DNA of 64,000 nucleotides from Escherichia coli (GTDB lineage Bacteria; Pseudomonadota; Gammaproteobacteria; Enterobacterales; Enterobacteriaceae): NCBI RefSeq assembly GCF_051903065.1, contig NZ_CP178438.1; one strand, 5' to 3'. Shown piece by piece: positions 22,508 to 33,428 of this stretch (position 1 is its first letter; each line of letters starts with the position of its first letter). The notes under the pieces were generated by a model. It saw only the letters and a program-made list of their open reading frames with translations, ran no database searches and was not told where the DNA came from. The position numbers and the translations under genes were made by a program.

Positions 22508-23227
22508 TTACTGCATGGTTGCCTTAATACGCGGAGTTAATGCGCCGTAATCATTGATCGTCTGAAAACTGATATCCCCGGTGGCAGCATGCGGGATATC
22601 CACCGACACTTCACCTTTTGGCGGCACCATGGTGTTTGGGAGATTGCTATTTCCTGCTTTCATATTTGTTACGGTAATGAAGTAGGGCGTTGGATTAATA
22701 AGAGTGAGTTTGCTACCGCTGCGACGAAACCGAAGCATTGCAGGCGCTTCTTCAGGTGCCATTGCCAGGTTCGTGGGGCGATAAAACATTTTTATGCGGC
22801 TAATAATTGCCAGCTGTAATGTATTCTCATTCTTCTGGTCTTTTTCCATAGCAGGAATAGCTTTAACATTCACCCAGAACAGGCTTTCACGGTCGCCTGG
22901 TAACTGATGATTAGTGGCGTTGATTATCCGCAGCGTATTCTCTTTTTTACCTTGCATGGAAAAAAGCGGTGGGGTAATGACAAACTGGGTGTCTTTTTGG
23001 TCACCTGCATTTTCTATCCATGACTGAATGAGATAGACACTGGCAGGATCATTATTCGTGACAGGCAATAAAACCTGTTTCTGGTTTGCCGGATAAATTA
23101 CCCGAGTCGCACCCAGTGCGACAGCTGCGTTGGCAACGGTGCTATGGCAAGCAAAGAGCAATAAAAGTAACACTGTCGCCATAAAGGAAATAGAGTAGGG
23201 GGTACGCGTAGTTTGCATCTGATGCAT
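22508..23227 (-). CDS. Periplasmic pilus chaperone (PapD/FimC-like)
   Basis: 239-aa ORF with signal peptide and the chaperone motifs RVIYPA ... LIQSW. Confidence 0.8.
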   Translation of the reverse strand: MHQMQTTRTPYSISFMATVLLLLLFACHSTVANAAVALGATRVIYPANQKQVLLPVTNNDPASVYLIQSWIENAGDQKDTQFVITPPLFSMQGKKENTLRIINATNHQLPGDRESLFWVNVKAIPAMEKDQKNENTLQLAIISRIKMFYRPTNLAMAPEEAPAMLRFRRSGSKLTLINPTPYFITVTNMKAGNSNLPNTMVPPKGEVSVDIPHAATGDISFQTINDYGALTPRIKATMQ

Positions 23228-23578
23228 TCTCCATGTGTTAAGAGGATAAGCGGGAAAACCGTTACATCAGACAATCGGTAAATGTTGCTAATACATTGGC
23301 GAGTCGCCGGGTTTCCAGACTTAATGCGTTTGTAATAAATGTTGGTTCTCTTTTAATAGGAAAACCTTGCTACAAAGTAAATATTTTAAATAACAGTAAG
23401 TTTAACTACTGTTGTTTATTGATAGTTTAGATATTATGTGATTTTTCATAGCGCTCCAAATACAAACTACTCCTCATTAATAATGAGATTCACATTGGTG
23501 AATTGCTCGGGTGTGCGTAGCCATGCCACACACACCCTGTTTCAATTTCAGATGACGTATAGCCACCTTAAGATTGAA

Positions 23579-24142
23579 TTATAGATATTGAACTTTGAAG
23601 GTCGCATCTGCGTTTGCAGTACCAGCTACGGACTGCCCGAGTGCAATATAACGAGCCTGGAACGGCAGTATATTCGTGCCATCAATCAAGTCAGTTTTAG
23701 CGCTAAAAGTGGCACCATCAAGTGTTAATACCTCACCCGTACGGTCTAAAATTTGGATACCGACATTTTGGGCAGAGCCTGCCGCTGAACTCTGCAGCGC
23801 TAACGTATCGTCATTACTGGTGACAGTAGTACCCAGGAATGCAACAGCTGCATTACTGGAAACATTGGTATCACAATCATTCAGCTTGATATTGAAGCCA
23901 ACGGCGGAGCTGAGGTCACCCGCTTTAGCCAGGCGAGAAGAACGAACCTGACCCAGCTCAACCGTTTGGTTCATTGATTCGGAATCAATCGCACAAGCGG
24001 CATTTACCACTTCACCTTTAAAATGAATAACACCGCCATTAACAGTGGTCGTTACTGATTCATCACCCTCGGCTGCGCTTACCGCAGCAGACGACATCGC
24101 CAACACAGAAACGACAATCATACCAACATGTTTGAGTTTCAT
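23579..24142 (-). CDS. Major fimbrial subunit (FimA-like)
   Basis: ORF to 24190; probable start at [23 protein letters not shown] (signal peptide); C-terminal pilin motif ...ATFKVQYL. Confidence 0.75.
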   Translation of the reverse strand: MKLKHVGMIVVSVLAMSSAAVSAAEGDESVTTTVNGGVIHFKGEVVNAACAIDSESMNQTVELGQVRSSRLAKAGDLSSAVGFNIKLNDCDTNVSSNAAVAFLGTTVTSNDDTLALQSSAAGSAQNVGIQILDRTGEVLTLDGATFSAKTDLIDGTNILPFQARYIALGQSVAGTANADATFKVQYL

Positions 24143-24575
24143 AATTCTCCAAAATTTATATTTAAGTAGCTGAATAAAGAGAGTTAACAATTAAGTCATT
24201 CTGTTATTGCTTATAAAACAAGAATCATTCTTGATTGGTTGTTGCCCTGAGAATATAGTTTCCAGGGTTATTACATTTCACGAAGAACGAGAATATCTTT
24301 AAATCACAAGGACACCTAATCACAACAAGTTTATTGCTGCACTTGTTGAAGAGAGTATTTGCAAAAACATTTTATGTCGCTAAATAACATGACGATTTCA
24401 TTATGCATGTTATTTATAAACCGTGACTAAACAGAATATTATTGCGAACAAGGGAAGTGTCAGGAAAGGTCAAGGGCTACTAACGGTTTATATGGCTATA
24501 AATCATTAGCTATAGTTAATGTTTGCCTGGTGTAACTAACACCGAATTGCTCTAAAAAGATAAGTGCAGGGTTTA

Positions 24576-24830
24576 TTAAAGCTGACCGACAGACTTTCTT
24601 AACCTGGTAATATCTCTCTTAGGTGACTCTCCAAACATCCGCAAATATTCCCGGCTGAAATGGGATAAGCTTTCGTAACCGACAGCATAGGCTGCTGTGG
24701 TGACATCGTAATGTTCATTCAGCATCGTTCGCCTGACTTCATTGAGACGTAGCCATTTCTGATACCGGAGTGGACTCATTCCCGCAAGCTGCCTGAAGTG
24801 TTGATGGAAAGAGGGCGTGCTCATTTGCAC
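24576..24830 (-). pseudogene. yneL: AraC-family regulator remnant (C-terminal HTH only)
   Basis: 84-aa ORF equal to an AraC HTH domain only; upstream frame is broken (overlapping out-of-frame ORF 24739-24996). Confidence 0.6.
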
Positions 24831-25115
24831 GCGGTTTACCAGCTTGAGTCTTCAACGCTGGGAAGATGCGGCAAACGGCAAATCTGCATACCAGCCAGCC
24901 TATATCCGGCATGCACAGGCCAATTATGAAAGAGGAGAGGCTTAAGTTCTGGAATCCTGAACGAATAACGACTACCGGAAAATCACTTCGTATCACTCAG
25001 ATACGATTTAACATAATATACATTATGCGCACCAACATAAACCAAGGGAGAATCTAGTCGTTGGCGGTCATGATTGACCTGCTCATTAACAACGACCAAA
25101 CCCCATATCTTACTC

Positions 25116-26438
25116 TTACTTAATACCGTATTCTCGGCTTAACCGACCGTGCAACCTCAACACATTGGTTTCAACTGCCGTCACCACGTTCTCTGGAAAA
25201 TCTGTCGGTAATGAAGTCTTCACGTTATCCAGTGCTGCCGGAATCATTCTGGCAAAGTCACTCAGGATTTCATGCATCTGCACTTCCGGGAATCTCAGCA
25301 CCTTTGCTGTCGCCAAAAAATGTCGCGGATAAATTTTATCGATTGCCGTTTTTTTGCCTTTGGATGCGTTAAGCCCCATTGCCAGTTTGAGATCGCTGAT
25401 GTGTATTCCCGCGCCACCCAATACCGGAAATGCTGAAATGATGTCGTAAAATGGCGTGAGTCGATAACTGCCGCCAGCCTGAATAAATACGGAGAAGTTT
25501 TTTGCATGGCCATCCGTTGCGCCAATCAACCACTGAAAGACCTGGAATTTCATAAAATCATAGCGATCTTTCAGCGCCTCGCTGGACCCCATCAAAAAAG
25601 CCATGATCCGCGCGATGCCTGGGCCTCCATCTGATTCATATTTCACCGATGAAGGTAAACCGAATGTCTGACACATATCCTCCTGTGGCAAGCGAAGTAA
25701 AACCGTTCGCTCAGCATTCCAACGCCTGTCAAAACGTTCGACCGCTAACGCGCGCACATTTCCCGCTTTAATGATTTCTGCGTCCGGAACATTCAACCCA
25801 AGTTCTTTCGCCAGCAGCAGACAGTAATACTCATTATCAACGCTTTGGCTGAGATCGAGCGTCGCATTGGGCTGCCTGATTTCCCCAATCGGTAATTTAA
25901 TGATGTGCGTCGTCGGCGTTATTCCTTTCGGAATGCACCAGTCATTGCCTATTCTGAGCAGTGCTGTCTTCTCCTGTGCGCCAGCAACCGAGATGCGAAA
26001 GTCATTTTCTTCTCTAATCATGCCTAGCGGGATATCTGCTTTATAAGCCGTTAATACTTCTTCAAGTCTGGCTTCAGTAAGCTTTTCCCATGCCATTATC
26101 GGACGCGTTACGGTTTCGTCTTCGGGTATTAACGTCACGGCACCAACGCTGTCTCGCCCTATTTCTGACAATAAATCAAACGGTTGTCTGGATTTGGCAT
26201 GATAACGTTTAACGATCCGGTCACGTACAATCGGGCTATCGGGTAACAAGTTATCGAAGAAGTTAAATACGGCATCAGAGGTGATATTCCCCCTCTGCAA
26301 TGGCAGCGAAAGTGACAACGGTCTGGCATAACGGCTGGCTAACCACTCCGGTGCATACTTAAAGGTGTGCGCGCCGTTGGCTAACTTCGTTAACTCGCCT
26401 ACCCGCTGGTTGTTCATCCAAGTGACTAGTTTGGGCAT
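25116..26438 (-). CDS. hipA: HipA Ser/Thr kinase toxin (type II TA)
   Basis: Matches HipA from MPKLVTWMNNQRVGELTK (440 aa); Gly22 is wild type; start overlaps the hipB stop by 1 nt. Confidence 0.95.
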   Translation of the reverse strand: MPKLVTWMNNQRVGELTKLANGAHTFKYAPEWLASRYARPLSLSLPLQRGNITSDAVFNFFDNLLPDSPIVRDRIVKRYHAKSRQPFDLLSEIGRDSVGAVTLIPEDETVTRPIMAWEKLTEARLEEVLTAYKADIPLGMIREENDFRISVAGAQEKTALLRIGNDWCIPKGITPTTHIIKLPIGEIRQPNATLDLSQSVDNEYYCLLLAKELGLNVPDAEIIKAGNVRALAVERFDRRWNAERTVLLRLPQEDMCQTFGLPSSVKYESDGGPGIARIMAFLMGSSEALKDRYDFMKFQVFQWLIGATDGHAKNFSVFIQAGGSYRLTPFYDIISAFPVLGGAGIHISDLKLAMGLNASKGKKTAIDKIYPRHFLATAKVLRFPEVQMHEILSDFARMIPAALDNVKTSLPTDFPENVVTAVETNVLRLHGRLSREYGIK

Positions 26439-26704
26439 TACCACTCCAGATCTTGCTGTTCTGTTGATTCTGGCGAGGCATTTTTCGTGTCGCATAGCGT
26501 CATTGAGAGTTCAAGCGACTGTAAAATCTTAAAAAATGTCGTGAGCGTGGTATTGTCAGGGTTGTTTTCGAAATTGGAAATCGTCGCCTGCTTAATGCCG
26601 ATTTTTTTCGCCAGCTCGCTCTGCGTCCAGCCATTTTGCTGGCGAACCAGTTTCATTGCATTCGCTAATTGCGTTGGGCTATAGATCTTCTGAAAGCTCA
26701 TCAT
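26438..26704 (-). CDS. hipB: HipB antitoxin (Xre-type HTH)
   Basis: 88 aa from MMSFQKIYSPTQL; HTH; translationally coupled to hipA. Confidence 0.95.
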   Translation of the reverse strand: MMSFQKIYSPTQLANAMKLVRQQNGWTQSELAKKIGIKQATISNFENNPDNTTLTTFFKILQSLELSMTLCDTKNASPESTEQQDLEW

Positions 26705-26725
26705 GTCATACGTCCACAGCAAATT

Positions 26726-26839
26726 TATCCGCTTAAGGGGATATTATCAGTTTTATCCTTTAGTAAGGATAAAGTCAATCTGGAAACACATCTTATCCGC
26801 TGTACGGGATAAACGCTGCGATATCCGCGATCGCGGATA
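26726..26839. promoter_or_regulatory. hipBA promoter with four HipB operators (TATCC-N8-GGATA)
   Basis: Exact TATCC-N8-GGATA palindromes at 26726-26743, 26754-26771, 26794-26811 and 26822-26839. Confidence 0.85.
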
Positions 26840-26879
26840 AAAGGGAGGCTTTAAAAGCTTTTTGAAGTTGGCAATATTA

Positions 26880-26906
26880 AGCCGCATGCCATCTCGACAT
26901 GCGGCT
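26880..26906 (-). terminator. Candidate terminator downstream of the autotransporter gene
   Basis: 9-bp stem agccgcatg/catgcggct with 9-nt loop, 8 nt past the stop, followed by an A/T-rich stretch. Confidence 0.4.
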
Positions 26907-26914
26907 TATACTGT

Positions 26915-29900
26915 TTACCAGCTATATTTCACTCCCAGCATGCCCTGAGTATCGCTATAGCCTTTATCACCTAGTTGCACACCGACATTCCCCCACAGGC
27001 TAAGGTTGTTATTTACTTTCGCCTCAACCCCGGTACGTACTTCACCGAGATTACGCGCACCATCACGGCTTACGGTTTGACCATTCATCTTCACGGCGTA
27101 GACTTTGCTATTGTTGATCCAGTTCGCTTCAATGTAAGGCTGGAACTCACGCTGTTTACCATCGTCACGCTGGTGATGGCTATTCAGGTAGGTTTTCACC
27201 CCAAGTCGCGTTTGCACGTTTCCGTCACCTTCCGTTTCAATCCGTGTTCCGTCTTTCCGGGTATGGTCAGAATCTTTCACACCCATCCAGGTGATTTGCG
27301 CCTGTGGCTGGACGTACCAGGTATTCAGCGTCCCTTCGCTGCCGCTAAATGTTCCCGCTTCAAAGGTATACCCACCCTCAACAGAGGCCGTCACACCGCG
27401 AGAATCATAGTCGTCAGCAGAACGGTTATCGGAACTGACGCTGTTATCAAACCAGTTATACAGCGCCCAACTGTCAACATAAGCGCCGGTCTTATTCGAA
27501 TCGTTCTGATACCAGGTCGCGTACAGCCCAGCGCTGTAACCGCTGATGCGCCCATCCGATTTATAACCCACACGATTACTCTGAGTATTACTGTGCTGAT
27601 TGGCGTAGCCTGCCATCACGCCAAGATGCCAGCGATCCTGTGCGTTGCTACTCCACTGCGCCAAATCGCCGCCTAGCTGCAATACATACCGGTTAGCCTG
27701 AGTATTTAGCTGGCCGTCACCGGTCCTGAAACGTTCGTGCCCCCCGACATGACGCATCCACATACTGCTTGCCGAACCCTGAGAAAGCCGTGAATCTGTA
27801 TACTGCGGCTCACCCAGACGGTCGTGTAAGCGATGGCTAAACAGCGAGTTGGCTGCGGCAATGTTGCTGATATAGCTTCCGGCCTCCGGGCGATAAACTG
27901 ATGGGCCTTCCGGATCCACAACAGGGGGATTATTGATGGGATCGGGTGTATCCGCTGGCGTTACGCCGTCCCATTTACTGGTCAGATACCAGTTTTTCTC
28001 GTCATTCCCCTTCCCTTTAGCCAGCGTGTAGACGTAAGCCCCAGCTTCGACAGTTCCGGTGGTCAGCGCGAAATTACCTGCAGAATTACCGCCAACCTCA
28101 ATGATTTCAATACCGTTGACCGTTTGCGCACCGACGCCGCCAATGTTATCAACCCGAACGCGAGTGTTCCCTTGGGTATCGCCTTTCACGTTCATCTTAT
28201 CGGTGGGTGAATTATCGCCGCCCAGCGTCGCGTTGAACGTTATCAGGCCATTGTTTCCGGTATAGTTGCCGTTAACGGTCAGTACATTCCCCGGTTTTCC
28301 TCCTTCACTGTTCATTTGAACCGTGCCGCCATTCTCCAGGTTGCCGCCGATTGTGGTTTTAGCGACACGCAGTGTCCCCCCAGACATAACGTTCACATCA
28401 CCTGCAGTGGTGACATTTCCCGACATCACACCGCTGTTATGGATATTAATGTGTTGACTTGCCGTATTAATGGCAGAGTCGGAACCGAAAGCAATTTCCC
28501 CCCCCACGATATCCGTCGTACCCTGATACGCCGAGGAATCGTTGTTAAGAGTCAGGATCCCGGTACCCAGTTTTGTCAAATCACCGCTACCGCTGATACT
28601 GTGCGTCATCGCCCAGCTACGCTCAGTGAAGATGGTGAGCAGGCCATTATTGATAACGGAAGCATCACCCAGGTTTTTCTGCTCGTTGACGCTGAGCGCG
28701 CTGCCTGTATCAATGTTGAATTGCCCCACAAAGCGGCTATTATCGCCATCCAGCTCTACATCTGTCCTGGCGGTTGCGCTCACGATACCCATCCCGCTTA
28801 TGCTATTACGCAGTTTGCCAGTCACGTTTTTTAGCGTTAACAGACCGTCATTGGCAATATTTCCTCTGCCTAACCCCTGCGTATTATCGAGGCTGACTTC
28901 CGCATTTGGGCTAACGCTGGTTAACGCATTGTAGCGTGCATTAAGCCCCTCGATAGCCAGCGTTCCCCCTGTAACATTCAGGTTTCCGCCACCTGTCAGT
29001 TCACCCTGACTGATCCCACCTTTATTTACCGTCAGCGACCCTTCTTTGAACAAAACAGTCGAACCCATCTGCCCGGTGAATGTCTCTACCGTCTGCGTCG
29101 ATCCATTAAGATCGACGATGGCTGCGTTGCTGATGTTCAGTTCCCGGGTGTTGCCCAGCGTGCCATCCGCATCGGTACGTAATGTCCCCATCTGAACGTA
29201 GGTTGCCCCCTGATAGTCGTTCTGACCGTTGGAAAGCGAAACCTGTCGCACCGTATTGATTGCCAGATCCCCTTCACCACCGATTTTTGCCGACATATCG
29301 GCCGTTGCGCCATAGGCTCCGCCATGTTCGGCTAACGTCAGCTTTTGCCCTCCATGGATGTTCAGCGCTTTCAGCCCATAGTTAACGTACAAACCATCAC
29401 CTGGTGCGGTCGTGAGGCGGAATCCATAATCACCCTCGGCGACCACCGTTCCGTTTTGCGCAATGTGTAACGTTTTGTCCGCTTCCACCTCGTCGCCCTG
29501 TAAATCACGTAACGTTAATGAGCCACCCGACCCAATAACCGTTTGCGCCTTCACCAGTTGAACGCCGACATGGCTATCATCGTGTTCCAGCAAATTGAGC
29601 GTCGTCAGAGGGTTATTCGCCATGGGATCATTCCACGGTTTAGGCACGTCGATAAGCACGTCGCCCGTCCCGTTTACCTGATAGTTACGGCCTTTCCAGG
29701 TGTAGTCACCCGCGCCGACAACCAGCGTATCGACGCTGATATATCCCTCCGCGAGCGTCGCAGCAGGAATATCCGTATCGAAAATGAGCGTACCGCCATT
29801 CATGGCCAGTCCACCAATGGATTGCTCTCCCACGTTTACAGATGTGGTATTTTCACTGTCAGACTGCAACATCGCGTGAGTAAGCGCAGCGGTGTTGTCG

Positions 29901-30910
29901 CGTTCCAGAGTGAAGGTACTGTCTTTCAGTTGGGCAACACCGGCGAATTCAGTCCCTGTTGCATGGGTAAAGCCAAACATCTTGTCGTAGGATGACAGCT
30001 GCACTCGCATCAAGCCATCGCCTTTGAGCGCATTGGTCAGCGTGTAATCTCCTGCACTGTTCGTTGATGCGAGAATGTCGAGCGTACCGGGGCTTGCAAT
30101 GGTTACTTCACTCGAACCCATGCCCGTTACCCCATCTGCCGTATGAGACGCAATGGTCAGGAGACCGTCATTGACCAGCGTTTTACCGCTATAAGTATTC
30201 CCTGCATTGAACACCGTATGGCCTGCATCATGGATCACTTTTCCGTCTTTATCGTCACCTGTAATCAGCATATCGACCTGGTAGCCGGCATCACTGTTAT
30301 TAGTATGATTAAAGACAAAAACACCTTCGCCAGAACCAAACTCTACTTTCGTCGCGTTGGTTATATACCCGGCATCTGCCGCCGCCTCACCGTGAGCTGC
30401 ACCAATGTTTAGCGTTCCTACAGCAGGTTCAAAAACACCTAAGTAAACTTCTCCACCTTCGACATTCAGCGTGCCGCTATTCGTCAGGGTTAACGAACCC
30501 GTACCAGATGTCCCTACGTACATATTGAATGTTTCAAGAAGAGAGTTCTGCCCATCCACCCTCACGTCGCCCTTACTTTTGTCATTGAGAGCTATCTGTG
30601 TATCACGCGCTTTAACTATACCTCCGGTGGTAATATTCAGTTCACCCGTGCCTAATACACCGACCTGTAGCAATTGGGCGTTAGTAGATGATGTCTTTAA
30701 ATTCCAGAGACTATCCGTTGAAATATTAACTATCCCCTTACCGGAGGCATTTCCTCCGATAAATCCATAGCCCGTTGAATTAAGGGTGGCACCATTACTG
30801 ACATTTACGATACCGCTACCAAAATTACCGACATTGATACCCACAGTATCGAACGATGATGTCGCATCCATCAGGTTCAGTGTGCCGATACCGCTTGCTT
30901 TATCGCCCAA
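26915..30910 (-). pseudogene. yneO: Autotransporter adhesin, 3' portion (passenger repeats plus C-terminal beta-barrel)
   Basis: 1331-aa ORF rich in G-x-G-TLN repeats and ending ...LGVKYSW (terminal aromatic); out of frame with the upstream part. Confidence 0.8.
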
Positions 30911-31958
30911 AAAGTAATATTTTGCGATACAAACTTACCGCCATCGCTAATATTGAGGTTTCCGACGCCCGCAACACCAATGGTGGTATAGACATTCTTA
31001 TTGACCTCCCACATCCCCCCCGTGGTGATGCTAACCTTCCCGACGCCGGTTTCTCCATAACCGAGTGAACTTCCTCCGTTGCTGACAACAAGCCCCTGAT
31101 TACTGATATTCATTTCGCCATGGCCGTCATAACCAAGATTAGTTCCGAGATTAGTGATAACGGAGTTCTTATCCTTAACAGTAATGTTGCCTGTGCCTGT
31201 TTCTTTCATCCCCGCAGTGATAATTCCCGAATCTACTTTGCCTTCACTCGAGACATTAAGTTCACCGTCGCCAGCATCACCGATATAGATATAGCGGAAA
31301 GCTTCGCCCGTTCCGAGGAAATTCCAATGCCCTTTATCGGTCACGTTGACGACACCGTGGGAACCGTCCTGAACGCCCACCAATGAATATTCTTTGTTAT
31401 TAATTAGTCCATTATTGGAAATATTGACTGCGCCATTACCGAAGTATCCATTATAGAGTCTGCGTACCGTGATGACAGAGTCTTGATCCTGCACATTCAG
31501 GGTTCCGACACCGGTGGCATTGCCACCGATAATCGTATTTTCAGCCGTAATCAGCCCACCCTCGCGAATAGTCGCCTCCCCAGTTCCTTGATTACCAATT
31601 TGAAATTCAATTGAGGAATCATTATTTTTTATTAGCCACTCGCCACCCTTTTCAACGACAACCTTACCATTACTGTTCGCTTGATATCCTAAAATGGCGA
31701 CTATTGAACTCGTGACGTAACCCTTATCCGTAATATTTAATGAGCCCGTACCGTAACTCCCTATTTCGAATAATTCGGTCGTCAAAACCGAGTCCTCTCC
31801 CTCAACATTAACCGTCCCGACGCCTGCAGCTTGAGTACCTAATCTTAAATAGCCTCCATCGACGTGACCCTTCTGTTTAATATTCAGCGTCCCCGTTCCG
31901 GATTGACCCACATTTAAAGGCCTTGCATTATTTCCGCTATCATACAATCGCCAGGTGC
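30877..31958 (-). pseudogene. yneO: Autotransporter adhesin, 5' portion; no signal peptide, N-terminus removed at the IS1 junction
   Basis: 356-aa ORF with the same repeat type; overlaps the downstream ORF at 30877-30910 in a different frame; abuts IS1 at 31959. Confidence 0.75.
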
Positions 31959-32013
31959 GGTGATGCTGCCAACTTACTGATTTAGTGTATGATGGTGTTT
32001 TTGAGGTGCTCCA

Positions 32014-32289
32014 GTGGCTTCTGTTTCTATCAGCTGTCCCTCCTGTTCAGCTACTGACGGGGTGGTGCGTAACGGCAAAAGCACCGCCGGACATCAGCGC
32101 TATCTCTGCTCTCACTGCCGTAAAACATGGCAACTGCAGTTCACTTACACCGCTTCTCAACCCGGTACGCACCAGAAAATCATTGATATGGCCATGAATG
32201 GCGTTGGATGCCGGGCAACAGCCCGCATTATGGGCGTTGGCCTCAACACGATTTTACGTCACTTAAAAAACTCAGGCCGCAGTCGGTAA
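32014..32289 (+). CDS. insA: IS1 InsA
   Basis: Translation identical to the first copy. Confidence 0.95.
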
Positions 32290-32711
32290 CCTCGCGCATA
32301 CAGCCGGGCAGTGACGTCATCGTCTGCGCGGAAATGGACGAACAGTGGGGCTATGTCGGGGCTAAATCGCGCCAGCGCTGGCTGTTTTACGCGTATGACA
32401 GGCTCCGGAAGACGGTTGTTGCGCACGTATTCGGTGAACGCACTATGGCGACGCTGGGGCGTCTTATGAGCCTGCTGTCACCCTTTGACGTGGTGATATG
32501 GATGACGGATGGCTGTCCGCTGTATGAATCCCGCCTGAAGGGAAAGCTGCACGTAATCAGCAAGCGATATACGCAGCGAATTGAGCGGCATAACCTGAAT
32601 CTGAGGCAGCACCTGGCACGGCTGGGACGGAAGTCGCTGTCGTTCTCAAAATCGGTGGAGCTGCATGACAAAGTCATCGGGCATTATCTGAACATAAAAC
32701 ACTATCAATAA
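32208..32711 (+). CDS. insB: IS1 InsB
   Basis: Identical to the first copy except one residue (W to C) from a single nucleotide difference at 32516. Confidence 0.9.
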
Positions 32712-33428
32712 GTTGGAGTCATTACCAACCGCTTAGTGCCAGCAAAACACCCAGCGTCAATCTACTGAATTTCGTTGTCAGTCCAGAGGATTTTCGCAAA
32801 TTAACCGTTGATGTTTTACCTACCCTGCGAGTTAATTCCGAGCAGGCCTGAAATACCTCTAGAGTGCAATTCCATATCACGCGATAGATTCTATTCATAT
32901 AAACGCTCCATATACAAACAATACAGCCACGAAAGAGATGAGTCGTCAGACATTAAAAATGAAATTTATTAAATTGTCAGAGGTCTGTATTGAGTGTTAG
33001 TTGGAGGTGGGAAAGTGTCAATTTGGCTAATTTGCTAATACTTTCGAATTGATAGATTAAAAATTGCATAGTTCTTATTTCATTTAAAAATGAACTATGA
33101 GTTATTGTTGCTTAATAAGAAAACTGTTTCTTTCAGTAGGAAAATTATCATCATCATATTTAACAAAGAATAGCACTAATTGCTAAAAATCGAAGTTTAT
33201 TAAACCCCTTTTGCATCCATTAATGTCTTTAAGAATATTCGTTATAAAATAAGGGTTATGCTTAATTCTTTAAGAAAAATAGCAATTTTCCCTTGAATAT
33301 AGTACTGGTGATGAAACGATGAATCTGCAAGCTGGCATTTAACAAGCCAGCTCTAAAAGAAGGGAAATAAGAATAACTATACTCAAAAACTAACAGCCAC
33401 GGTCATCATGATGTGGCTGTCAATGAAA

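Larger units (their letters stand above)
31959..32726 (+). mobile_element. IS1 insertion sequence (768 bp), no target-site duplication
   Basis: Same ends and orientation as the copy at 14555; flanking 9-mers differ (gccaggtgc vs aaccgctta). Confidence 0.95.

Noticed and set aside
26975-27676. 233-aa plus-strand ORF antisense to the autotransporter beta-barrel region
   Set aside because: Lies within the coding region of a large GC-biased gene; typical spurious antisense frame.
26915-31958. Possible CRISPR-like or tandem DNA repeat array suggested by the repetitive autotransporter sequence
   Set aside because: The repetition is at protein-motif level (G-x-G-TLN passenger repeats), not regularly spaced identical direct repeats with unique spacers. 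No CRISPR array or cas genes were seen anywhere in the window.
14555-32726. The two IS1 copies as a single composite transposon
   Set aside because: The first copy has its own perfect 9-bp duplication and the second has none, so the pair did not arrive in one transposition event.
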